Origin: Candidatus Bathyarchaeota archaeon
GTDB taxonomy: Archaea > Thermoproteota > Bathyarchaeia > TCS64
Direction of reading: 5' to 3'
NCBI GenBank assembly: GCA_018396695.1
Contig: JAGTQU010000004.1
Location: 12,357 to 76,356, forward strand
DNA length: 64,000 bases
The position numbers were made by a program, and so were the translations under genes. The notes under the pieces were generated by a model. It made no database searches, was not told where the DNA came from, and saw only the letters and a program-made list of their open reading frames with translations. The number at the start of each line of letters is the position of its first letter. Positions within the stretch are counted from its first letter, which is position 1. Shown here piece after piece: positions 20,539 through 29,591 of this stretch.

Positions 20539-21567
20539 TTGAAGTATGCCTCAGCGGTGGTGAGATGTCATGCTTTAATCTCCGAGCTTCTATCCCCTGA
20601 ACAGATGCGTCGACTAGCCGAGACTGAGAATCTCAACGCGTTTATAGCCCGGATATCTGAGACGCCTTACGGGGAGATCTCTATAGAGATTTCTGGAGAT
20701 GCTTCAATTGCTCTCGAGAAGGTGTTTTATCGCAAGTTCATAGAGAGAATCTCGAGAATCATCGATATAACCCCGAAGAAAATCGCTAGTTTTCTACAGG
20801 CCTATTACTACATGAGGTTTGAGGTTCTCAATCTTAAGCGTACACTCCGAGGAAGCTTCGGCGGCACCCCCTCTCAACAGATCCTTGAATCTCTCATACC
20901 GATTGAACCCTACCATGTAAAGGATTTCAAGGATCTTGTAGAACAGGAGACGATTGAGGAGATAATGAAACATCTCCATGGCACACCATATTCAAACCTT
21001 TCTGAAAGCCTCCCATTATATAAAGAGACGGAGGAGTTATGGCCCTTTGAGCTCAGTCTTAACAATATCTATGCCTTGACTATCCTCAAGTTGGTTGAAA
21101 GGCTCCCGTCTCCAGATAGGGCTCTCGTAAAACGGATAGTAGAGCTTGAGACCGATATCGAGAATCTTCTTATAGCTTTGAAGCAGCGAGAAATGGTTCA
21201 AGACACTCGAAGGATTCAGAGTCTATTTCCTACGACTTTCAAATTTAACATTGAAAAGATGAAGGAGTTCATCGAGTCTAAGGATATTAGACAATTTATC
21301 ATCGGATTAGGCGAACCATACACAGAGATTCTGTCCCCGATATATGAGGAGGATGTCTCTTTTGTTCGAAGCCGATTAAGACAACAGATATATAGAACGA
21401 TGAAGCGAGGGCGCTCAATGAACGACTTTGGATTTAACGTGATAATGGCCTACCTCGTTTTCTGCGAGATCGAGAAGGATGACCTAGTCGGGATGTCTTG
21501 GAGCAAAGCTCAAGGAATATCTCCTGAGAACATTCTCAAATATCTTGTTATACCCCATTTCATATGA
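20539..21567 (+). CDS. atpC: A/V-type ATP synthase subunit C (d/AC39)
   Basis: 342 aa helical protein with ETPYG, FEVLNLKRTLR and EIEKDDL motifs. Confidence 0.85.
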   Translation: MKYASAVVRCHALISELLSPEQMRRLAETENLNAFIARISETPYGEISIEISGDASIALEKVFYRKFIERISRIIDITPKKIASFLQAYYYMRFEVLNLKRTLRGSFGGTPSQQILESLIPIEPYHVKDFKDLVEQETIEEIMKHLHGTPYSNLSESLPLYKETEELWPFELSLNNIYALTILKLVERLPSPDRALVKRIVELETDIENLLIALKQREMVQDTRRIQSLFPTTFKFNIEKMKEFIESKDIRQFIIGLGEPYTEILSPIYEEDVSFVRSRLRQQIYRTMKRGRSMNDFGFNVIMAYLVFCEIEKDDLVGMSWSKAQGISPENILKYLVIPHFI

Positions 21568-21664
21568 TTCTATTCTTATAAAGGAGTCTTCGAATCTCTA
21601 AATTATTATGTATTCTAATTTTGTTTTAAAAATCAAAAATGGGTAAGGTTTTTATGGAGAGGGA

Positions 21665-22096
21665 TTATCCACTCACCATCAATATAGCTACAATCAACCC
21701 GTAGATGGCGAGTCCTTCTCCAAGAGCTACGAAAAGTAGAGACCAGATCGAGAGTTCAGGCTTCTGAGTTAACATCTCTGAGCCTGCCTTCGCCGCCACC
21801 ATGATGCACAGGGCGGCTGCGAAGCCTGCACCGATCATGGTCAATGCTCCTACCAAAGGACGCCATGCTTCGGTTGGAATCACTTCCGCTTCACCTCCGG
21901 CTACTAATAATATAATGAAAAAGATATTCAGAACCAGCATGAAAGAACCGATAACGTTGAGGAGTACCCCCCATATCGTGCTCCTTTTTTCAACCTCTGC
22001 TGAAGCATTGATTGTTGATCCATGGATGACAAGCCAAGCTGATGCTATTATGCTTGCAGTAATGGCTATTGCTCCAGGTATAAAGTCGACAGCCAT
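21665..22096 (-). CDS. atpK: A/V-type ATP synthase proteolipid subunit K/c with two extra N-terminal TM helices
   Basis: KPELSIWSLLFVALGEGLAIYGLIVAIL contains the ion-binding Glu. Confidence 0.88.
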   Translation of the reverse strand: MAVDFIPGAIAITASIIASAWLVIHGSTINASAEVEKRSTIWGVLLNVIGSFMLVLNIFFIILLVAGGEAEVIPTEAWRPLVGALTMIGAGFAAALCIMVAAKAGSEMLTQKPELSIWSLLFVALGEGLAIYGLIVAILMVSG

Positions 22097-22236
22097 GTCA
22101 ATTACCTCCTATGATTTTATTAGATTTGAAAATCTTTGTCAATGTTCATTTGCCTCCTTGTTCTCCTTAGATGCATTTCTTTGAGCATATATATTTTTCT
22201 AAATTTAAAATTTGGATATTGGATAAATGCACCAAT

Positions 22237-24429
22237 TTATTTCTGTCTCCTGATAGTGAAAGGTCTGAAGGGTACGCCTCCTCCATGGAAGAATTTGCCC
22301 ATGAACTCATAGTAAAGAAGTCTCAGAGACTGCACTGAGCTCGAGATCAATTCAAATGTCATTGCAATGACATTCATAATTACGAGACCACCTGCTCCTA
22401 GGATACCGTGTGACATTATATGCGCAGCTAAGGCTAGACTTGCATGGGCTAGAGAGAAAGCTGCGATTCGAAGGAAAGAAAAGAGGTTTGCTAGGCCTTC
22501 GACAAAGGTCATGAGAAGTCCTCCGATACCTTGACCGAAGACTTCCATGCCAAATCTTCCATGAGATATTGAAGCAATTATCGGTTCTATCATGGATAAA
22601 ATCAGTCCAGAGAGCATGATGTAAAATGTCCAATAGCTTAGAACTCCCATAAAGTTTCCATATACTGGAGATTTACTGTCAACTATGAAAGCGTATGCCG
22701 ATAAGTAAAGTCCTATGATGTACAGGATCATCCCTAGACCGTGCTCTCCTATTGCACCCCATTTATGACCTGATCTAAGCTCATTTATCGCTCCTAATGC
22801 TAATCCAACAATCATCTCTATAACAGCTATCTGAAATACTAGAAACATAAGTCTAGTCGTTTTCTCTACAGGATTTGGCATGATCGCATGGTAAGGTAGA
22901 AATTCTTCGATTAGAAAGAACGAATTATATAGTACTCCGAAAAGTATTGCGGAGATTCCCATAGGTATGAAAAGGGTGCCGAGCTTAGACATCATTCCTC
23001 GATTATATTTTTGAGTAAGTATTAAGCCTAAAACCAGTAGTATCGCTCCTTGACCGATATCTCCAAACATAAGACCGAACTGGAAGCTGAAGAAGAAGAT
23101 AGAAATGTAGGCAGGGTTGACCTCACGGGCTGAAGGCCATCCCCTTAACGTCGTCAGAGTCCACGCCGGCTTCAGAAATTTAGGCTTTATATCTGGCGGG
23201 GGGGTTGGCACGTTATGATCTTCATGTGATATGTCTTCAAATTGTACAAAAAGCTTCTCCCCTATCTTAGATTCTACTTCTATTATTATTTTCTGCAAGG
23301 TAGGGATATTGTATTCAGGCACCCACCCTTGTAAAATACTTATTACTTTGGTTCTTAAAACGATGGCTTGAGGATTAGATAAAATTCTGAGAATCTCGTG
23401 CATATAGCTAATCCTGGATAAAACCTTACTTTGGTGCTCCTTTAATTCATCGAGTTTCTCGTTATATTTAGCCTCTGTCTTCTTCAACTGTTCATCGTAA
23501 CTTTGTTTTAGCTTCTCTATAGCTCTCTTATGCTCCTCCTCTAGGTGTAAGATTTCTTCATCAAACTCATCTATTTTAGAATAGAGGGCTTTATCGGCCT
23601 CTTTTCTAGCTTGTTCCTCCTTTAATCTGTTTAGCTCTTCCTGATACTTCTTTATAGTTTCTCTCCTCTTCTCAGGATCCAGAACTAGCAAGATGTCGCT
23701 AGGATTCAGAACATCGAAGATATCCTTCACTTCGAAGACTAAGAAAAGAGCATCAACCCACTTCTTACCCTTTTCTGATCCAAAAACAAATATAATATTT
23801 TCATTGCTCGATATTTCAACCGTTTTTGAGAATATGTCAGGGTTCCTCGCCAAATATTCTTGGAGTCGTTCAGTACTCTCCTTCTTGGCTACACCTGCTG
23901 CGAAACAACTCTTTAACTGTTCAGGTTCTAACGCTCTAACGGATTCGAGCCTTGCCTTCAATCCTTCATATCTTTCAGCTAACCTCGTTTTCTCTCCTAG
24001 TATATCTTGTTTCTCTTTTTCAAGAGCCGATGTTTGCTCCTCGACGGCTTTTTGAAGTTCTTCAATTATCAGTTTAGTCTCTCTGTCATAACTATCTTTA
24101 ACCTCTTTGAACTGCGCGATGAGATGGTTCAATTCATTAATGGAATGCTCTACTTCTTCTCTAGGATTCAACGAAAATCTCTTTAGATCCTCGACAATTA
24201 CAGATGATGGTTTAAAATCCTCTCCTATTAATTCTACAAGTTTTTGATAACGTGTTTGAAGCTCGTTGAAAAGTGCACCATAATTCTCTATTTTTTCCTC
24301 CCCCTTCCTAAGATTATCGAATTCTGGATCGCTCACCTCTTTCAACTGAGTGATGCTGGCTTTGCCTAAACTCTCTAAAAGGATGCTTTCATATTCGGGA
24401 GGGGTAATTATTGTAACTTTTTTCATCAA
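22237..24429 (-). CDS. atpI: A/V-type ATP synthase subunit I/a
   Basis: FGLMFGDIGQG, SFLRIAAFSLAH (essential Arg) and LRLLYYEFMGKFF motifs. Confidence 0.93.
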   Translation of the reverse strand: MMKKVTIITPPEYESILLESLGKASITQLKEVSDPEFDNLRKGEEKIENYGALFNELQTRYQKLVELIGEDFKPSSVIVEDLKRFSLNPREEVEHSINELNHLIAQFKEVKDSYDRETKLIIEELQKAVEEQTSALEKEKQDILGEKTRLAERYEGLKARLESVRALEPEQLKSCFAAGVAKKESTERLQEYLARNPDIFSKTVEISSNENIIFVFGSEKGKKWVDALFLVFEVKDIFDVLNPSDILLVLDPEKRRETIKKYQEELNRLKEEQARKEADKALYSKIDEFDEEILHLEEEHKRAIEKLKQSYDEQLKKTEAKYNEKLDELKEHQSKVLSRISYMHEILRILSNPQAIVLRTKVISILQGWVPEYNIPTLQKIIIEVESKIGEKLFVQFEDISHEDHNVPTPPPDIKPKFLKPAWTLTTLRGWPSAREVNPAYISIFFFSFQFGLMFGDIGQGAILLVLGLILTQKYNRGMMSKLGTLFIPMGISAILFGVLYNSFFLIEEFLPYHAIMPNPVEKTTRLMFLVFQIAVIEMIVGLALGAINELRSGHKWGAIGEHGLGMILYIIGLYLSAYAFIVDSKSPVYGNFMGVLSYWTFYIMLSGLILSMIEPIIASISHGRFGMEVFGQGIGGLLMTFVEGLANLFSFLRIAAFSLAHASLALAAHIMSHGILGAGGLVIMNVIAMTFELISSSVQSLRLLYYEFMGKFFHGGGVPFRPFTIRRQK

Positions 24430-24516
24430 AGTGGCTCAATTTATTGGAGCGCTTTTTAATTAAAAGCTTTCGGAAATATTAAACAGAATCTAACCAAGAT
24501 TTTAATATCATAGTCT

Positions 24517-24942
24517 TCATTTTTTTCTCAAAATAGTTGTAAACGATGTGAGTGAAGCAATATTCATTGCGCGTATGACATCTCTCTCCGTAATAATGCC
24601 TAACAACCTGTCATTCTCTTTGACTACGAGTCTGCTTATATTATGCTCCCTCATCTTTCTCATAGCTTCGAGTATTCCCACCTTCGGAGGAACGGAGATG
24701 AGAGGAGATGACATGATCTCTTTCATCCTTGTAGTGCAAACATCTCGGCAAGGTGCCACAACCCTCTCAAGCATATCTCTTTTAGTCACTATTCCAACAG
24801 CCTCTCCTCTCTCGATTACTATTATACTGCCAATATGTCTATCTGCCATAATTAATGCGGCGTCTCTCACCATGGATTCACTGTCTATTGTTATAATTGG
24901 ACTGCTCATTACGTCCTCTACTATGGAGGGAAACTTCTCCAA
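24517..24942 (-). CDS. CBS domain pair protein
   Basis: VEDVMSSPIITI...GIVTKRD and IMSSPLISV...GIITERD repeats. Confidence 0.9.
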   Translation of the reverse strand: MEKFPSIVEDVMSSPIITIDSESMVRDAALIMADRHIGSIIVIERGEAVGIVTKRDMLERVVAPCRDVCTTRMKEIMSSPLISVPPKVGILEAMRKMREHNISRLVVKENDRLLGIITERDVIRAMNIASLTSFTTILRKK

Positions 24943-24946
24943 GATA

Positions 24947-25198
24947 TTATCCCACCCTCTTAAATTTAGGTCTAGCCTCTATCAGGGTAGTAGTTACAGC
25001 CACGCCCTCCGTCGCTCTAAGCTTATTGAATACAAAATTGTCCAATTCTTCCAACGTGTTTAGCTCTGTTTTTATGATGATGTCATACTCTCCATATGTC
25101 TGAATAATCTCCTTAACCTCTGGAAATGATTTTATGATGTTGTAAACTTCTTCATCCTTTGCTGGGAGAACCCTTATCATAGTGTAACTTGTTACCAT
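24947..25198 (-). CDS. Stand-alone Lrp/AsnC ligand-binding (RAM) domain protein
   Basis: EVKEIIQTYGEYDIIIK motif; 83 aa with no HTH. Confidence 0.85.
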   Translation of the reverse strand: MVTSYTMIRVLPAKDEEVYNIIKSFPEVKEIIQTYGEYDIIIKTELNTLEELDNFVFNKLRATEGVAVTTTLIEARPKFKRVG

Positions 25199-25293
25199 TC
25201 TAAGTGATAATAATTAGTCCTAATTTATATTGTTGTTGATTAGAGGCTTAGAAAAATTTAGTTAAAAAAAGGAGTTAGGAGATCGATGGTTTA

Positions 25294-25575
25294 CTAGAAG
25301 TTTTCGAGCATAATTGCTAATTCTTTTAAACCATGTTCTTCAAGAAGCTTAACAGTCGATTGAACGTCAACCAGCTGGGCTGCTTCCAGGAGGGTTTTTA
25401 TACCCGCGTTAGAGGCTAACTGGTCTTGACGCCACAGATAGATTATTTTCTTAGCTAAATCAGCTGGCACTGCATCTCTGTCTTTAGTTCCAAGCACGAT
25501 ATCGACTAACTTTTTCGAGAGATCCCGGTAAAGGGATGAAGGTATTCTATCAATTGCACTCTCCATACGATACAC
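25294..25575 (-). CDS. Hypothetical small helical protein
   Basis: 93 aa ORF, co-oriented with downstream genes. Confidence 0.6.
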   Translation of the reverse strand: MYRMESAIDRIPSSLYRDLSKKLVDIVLGTKDRDAVPADLAKKIIYLWRQDQLASNAGIKTLLEAAQLVDVQSTVKLLEEHGLKELAIMLENF

Positions 25576-25895
25576 CTGTGATAAAGTATTCTTCTTTAAT
25601 ATTTTAAAAATTCTATAATCTTTTTTTAAATTTGCATCAAGTTATATGGTTTTTCTTCAGCTTTATCGCCATATTTTGATGGTAATGCTGAAGAAAAATT
25701 TTCTTATTGTTTATAAATATAAATTTCATATTTATCAATAATTTATTTTTAACTAAATTCTGTTAATTACATTATCATATGAAAAATTTGTTAAAAAAGA
25801 TTAAAGATATTAAAATTTTATATTTAAAATCTTTAGTCCAATTAAAAATAATGAAAACGCTTTTAAAGATGGTATATTTAATTCTCTTAATTAGA

Positions 25896-26342
25896 ATGTC
25901 GATAGACACCCTGGACATGAAGATAATAAAATGTCTAGTCGATGATGCTAGAAGAACATATAGGTCAATTGCTGAAGAAACAGGGGTCAGTGAAGCTACA
26001 ATCAAGAATAGAATTGATAGTTTAATGGATAAAGGTGTTATCCAAAGGTTCACCATCATCCTTGACTATCATAAGCTTGGTCGAGCAATCAAATCCTTTA
26101 TTGGGCTTAAGGTTCAGCCATCAAAGCTCCAAGATATAATTGAACATATGAAAAAAATACCTGATGTCCAGGTCCTTTATAGAACCAGTGGAGATGTTGA
26201 TCTGATGTTCGAGGTTATCTTCGAGAAGATGGAGGATCTAAACTCTTTCCTTGAAAAGGAACTTACCTTAGAAGGCATTTTAGGAACAGTGGTTACTGTT
26301 GTTATTGGACCCTACAAACGATGCCCCTGGTCAGGCCTTTAA
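25896..26342 (+). CDS. Lrp/AsnC family transcriptional regulator
   Basis: DTLDMKIIKCLVDDARRTYRSIAEETGVSEATIKNRI HTH plus RAM domain; start reset to ATG 25896 because the upstream extension is AT-rich and non-coding-like. Confidence 0.92.
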   Translation: MSIDTLDMKIIKCLVDDARRTYRSIAEETGVSEATIKNRIDSLMDKGVIQRFTIILDYHKLGRAIKSFIGLKVQPSKLQDIIEHMKKIPDVQVLYRTSGDVDLMFEVIFEKMEDLNSFLEKELTLEGILGTVVTVVIGPYKRCPWSGL

Positions 26343-26879
26343 TCATCTCCACTCTTCTTTTCTTTGTTTTTGAGCGATCAGAACCGTCAGTCCTTCGATT
26401 TGTGTTTTATGCTCTTCAAGTTTGACTTTGAACATCGATTCCAAGTAGCCTCGAAGATACTGAATAGGGACTGCACAGTTTTCAATCTTTATTTCATTCT
26501 CAACCCTGCTAAATGTGCCCCATCCAAAATTTTCAAGTTCCTTGAGAACTATAAGCCAGTTGGAGGGTTTTGTGAGATCAATATCCCTAAATTCTGGTTT
26601 AAGGATCTTTCTTTTTAAAGCTGTCATTGAACCCGCGCGATATAACTCAAATTCGGTTAAAAGCTCAAATATGTCTAAAAGCATGCCTCGATCTATTAGT
26701 AATATGCGGCTTTCTCCAATCCTGTACACGTCATTTAGCCAATCATGCATGGAAAGCTTCTTGAAAAGTATAAGAGATCTATGGAGCGCCTCTTCCTTAT
26801 TTCTAATGAATCTCATCCTCTCGAGGAATTCGAGATAATTGTAAGTATCGTCATCGAGCTCTACTGTGATGTTTTTCAA
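26343..26879 (-). CDS. Putative regulator: N-terminal ribbon-helix-helix plus V4R-like ligand-binding domain
   Basis: MKNITVELDDDTYNYLE RHH-like start; LENFGWGTF...IENC...YLRGYLE resembles the V4R fold. Confidence 0.6.
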   Translation of the reverse strand: MKNITVELDDDTYNYLEFLERMRFIRNKEEALHRSLILFKKLSMHDWLNDVYRIGESRILLIDRGMLLDIFELLTEFELYRAGSMTALKRKILKPEFRDIDLTKPSNWLIVLKELENFGWGTFSRVENEIKIENCAVPIQYLRGYLESMFKVKLEEHKTQIEGLTVLIAQKQRKEEWR

Positions 26880-26962
26880 TTTTCTCTCAACAATAGAATC
26901 TTATCATCAATTAAAAACTTCTCTAAGATCTGTTTTTCAGTTGATGCCGTGTATCTTTCAGA

Positions 26963-27190
26963 TCAAGAATATTTGAGAAGCTTGATAAATCTATGCATTA
27001 TTAGTAAGACTGTCATAGTATACTGAATGAGAAGTACCATTATTAAGCTTAAGGGTATGAGGTTCATCGGCATCTTCTTAAAAATTAAGATTAATGCCGT
27101 TATCATTCCTATCACCGGGAATAAAAGCACTGCTAAGAATAGATGTCGCTTTCGCCAAATCATCTCTTTAGTTTTTTCACGATCGATCAT
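26963..27190 (-). CDS. Small two-TM hypothetical membrane protein
   Basis: 75 aa with two hydrophobic helices. Confidence 0.5.
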   Translation of the reverse strand: MIDREKTKEMIWRKRHLFLAVLLFPVIGMITALILIFKKMPMNLIPLSLIMVLLIQYTMTVLLIMHRFIKLLKYS

Positions 27191-27380
27191 TATGATTAAT
27201 CAACGATTCTTCGAATAGATAAATACTATCTGGTTATTAACCCATCATTATTTTTAGATGTAGCTTAGATCTTTTTCATCTGAATTAAAAGCAGACCTTT
27301 ACCTTACCCATTGACATTATTGTTTTCAGGAGTTTCTGGCCGAAAAGGTTTTCAGCTGAGACAACTTATAATCCTCAAAG

Positions 27381-27560
27381 TTGTCGGAGAAAGTGTGTTG
27401 CGTCTGTGGAAGAAAGTTGAAAGAATCCGAGATCAAGATAAATGAAATAAGTAAGCGAAAGTCGTTGAAGAGTATTAGATATCTTTGCTCTATCTGTAGG
27501 AAAGCGGAATACGAACAATATATAAAATCGGTTAAAGAGCTAATTAAAAAAAGTGATTGA
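27381..27560 (+). CDS. Small zinc-finger protein (59 aa, below the ORF-track cutoff)
   Basis: TTG start; MSEKVCCVCGRKLKESEIKINEISKRKSLKSIRYLCSICRKAEYEQYIKSVKELIKKSD* with CxxC...CxxC. Confidence 0.7.
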   Translation: MSEKVCCVCGRKLKESEIKINEISKRKSLKSIRYLCSICRKAEYEQYIKSVKELIKKSD

Positions 27561-27561
27561 G

Positions 27562-28500
27562 TCATTCAAACTCGATATTAATCTTTTCAGGGTTTTGAAC
27601 GGTTTTGAGAAGATGCTCTAATCCTCTGAGCCTATTTCTCAATGTGACTTCCGTAGTTCCAGCGGCTGAAGCAACATCCTTCTGTACCCGTTTATCATTA
27701 TTTTCGATGCAGGCCATGTATAAGGCTGCTGCGGCGAGACCCCTTGGATCCTTACCTGAAAGACCTTGAAACTTTTTCGCCTTATGAAGTATGTTGATGG
27801 CTTCCCTTTCAGTATCGTGTCTAACCTTAAGCTTAGCGGCTATGCTTGGTATGAACTTCATTGGGTCATCAATGGGCATTCGTAAATTTAGCTCTTTGAG
27901 GAGCAACCTATAAGATCTCGCGATCTCGGAATGTTCCCGTGTACTCGCTTGGCTTATCCGTTTAAGCGTTCTTGGTAGATTATTTAGTCGGCAAGCAGCG
28001 TAGATGCTAGCTGCGACGAAGGCATCGATGGAGCGTCCCCTTATAAGATCGCGTTGGAGGGCTTTCCTGTATATGAGGGCTGCATGTTCCTTTACGTTGA
28101 TCGGAATGTGCAATAATGCTGATAGCCTGTCGAGTTCAGACATGGCGATGCTCAGATTTCTCGCCCAAGAATCATCCATTTTACTTCTAGTATCGTAAAG
28201 CCTAAGCTTATTCATCCGATCCTTTTCTTCTATAGTTAAACGTCTTCCATGAGCATCTCTGGTCACGTCGAATCTTGTTGTGAGCCCTTTATCATATAGA
28301 GTTAGGGATTCGACCGAGCCTCCTCTTGGTCTTTTTTCCCTTTCAGAATCTGTAAATGCTCTCCAATCTGGTCCCCTATTTAACATATAATCCAAAACTA
28401 CGAGTCCGCATCTGCTGCATATTTCCTCTCCTTTTTCGGTGTCAACTACTAGATCTTGGCTCCCGCATTTTGGGCAGATGTTATATTTCGAGTTTTCCAT
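27562..28500 (-). CDS. tfb: Transcription initiation factor IIB
   Basis: Zn ribbon CPKCG...CSRCG, PDWRAF and two cyclin repeats (GRSIDAFVAA, GKDPRGLAAA, TEVTLRNR). Confidence 0.96.
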   Translation of the reverse strand: MENSKYNICPKCGSQDLVVDTEKGEEICSRCGLVVLDYMLNRGPDWRAFTDSEREKRPRGGSVESLTLYDKGLTTRFDVTRDAHGRRLTIEEKDRMNKLRLYDTRSKMDDSWARNLSIAMSELDRLSALLHIPINVKEHAALIYRKALQRDLIRGRSIDAFVAASIYAACRLNNLPRTLKRISQASTREHSEIARSYRLLLKELNLRMPIDDPMKFIPSIAAKLKVRHDTEREAINILHKAKKFQGLSGKDPRGLAAAALYMACIENNDKRVQKDVASAAGTTEVTLRNRLRGLEHLLKTVQNPEKINIEFE

Positions 28501-28613
28501 CCCTTTTTCACTTTATCTTTTTTCTTCCAGGTGTGTTTAACCATCTAGTTAGATGGTATTTTACCCATAGATAAAATATATATATATGGATCTTATAAAT
28601 ATTTCGAGATTCG

Positions 28614-28934
28614 ATGCCGAAGCCTAAGGGATCAACAGGAGCTACAAAGATGAAGATTCTTGCCATCATTTGTCATAATGGAGAATGCGGTCGAGAATCC
28701 TATGGTTATGGAATATGGCAGGATCTAAAAAAGAATTTTCACACATATCTCAACCACAACGAAGTCCGAAACGTCTACCATCATTTACGAGATCTATGTG
28801 AAACCGATTTGCTACTGAGAATCGAGGGAAACAACGACATTTTGAATAGATGCAAATACAAACTCACGGAGAAAGGGGAAAATTTAAAGGAGAAATATAG
28901 ACCGTATCTTGAAATTCTCGAGCAGAACAGTTAG
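28614..28934 (+). CDS. PadR-like winged-helix regulator
   Basis: SYGYGIWQDL...NVYHHLRDL...KYKLTEKG pattern. Confidence 0.75.
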   Translation: MPKPKGSTGATKMKILAIICHNGECGRESYGYGIWQDLKKNFHTYLNHNEVRNVYHHLRDLCETDLLLRIEGNNDILNRCKYKLTEKGENLKEKYRPYLEILEQNS

Positions 28935-29491
28935 TTTGAATGGGGTTCTGTGTCTTTGAGTTCTATAAAATTGATTATCGATGTTAATTTAATTATGACT
29001 TGAGAATTCTTAATCAATCTCTTCTCTTCTAGAACCTTCTTTGATAATCTTAGCTTCATAATGGAGCCAGCCTTCAGCTTCACTACTACTTCCAACTCTG
29101 AATCTAAATCGTATAAATCTTCGATAGCCCCTTCCATGATATTCTCGTATTTTACATCCGTAAGTTGTAACCCGCTTTTTAAAACGTCCGTAATTATCTC
29201 TTGAATTTTAGCAAACTCTTCCAGAAACCTAGAACCCGTATCAGTGACTTCGGTTCTTCCTCCTCCATATCGTCCCCCTTTATGAGCTATCAGCAACTGT
29301 TCTCCTAATCTCGCCTCAGTCTTTTTTATTAATCCCCAAGCAAATCTATATGACATCCCTAAAGAATCAGCAGCCTGCCTAAGCGTTCCCGTTTCCTTAA
29401 CACTCTTCAAGAGTCTATATACTCCAGGACCGAAAATACACCCTTCTTCTGTTTGAAGCCAAGCTTTGAAAGCAACTCTAGGTTTACTCAA
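28931..29491 (-). CDS. ModE-type HTH regulator with C-terminal TOBE-like domain
   Basis: FGPGVYRLLKSVKETGTLRQAADSLGMSYRFAW...GGRYGGGRTEVT motif. Confidence 0.85.
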   Translation of the reverse strand: MSKPRVAFKAWLQTEEGCIFGPGVYRLLKSVKETGTLRQAADSLGMSYRFAWGLIKKTEARLGEQLLIAHKGGRYGGGRTEVTDTGSRFLEEFAKIQEIITDVLKSGLQLTDVKYENIMEGAIEDLYDLDSELEVVVKLKAGSIMKLRLSKKVLEEKRLIKNSQVIIKLTSIINFIELKDTEPHSN

Positions 29492-29591
29492 ATACCTCTC
29501 CTTTTCTCTAATAGTTTAACAGTTCTTAATCATTAATTCAATATAAGGGTTCGATGATTCTTTTAGGCTAATATTTGAATAATTTTGAGTT

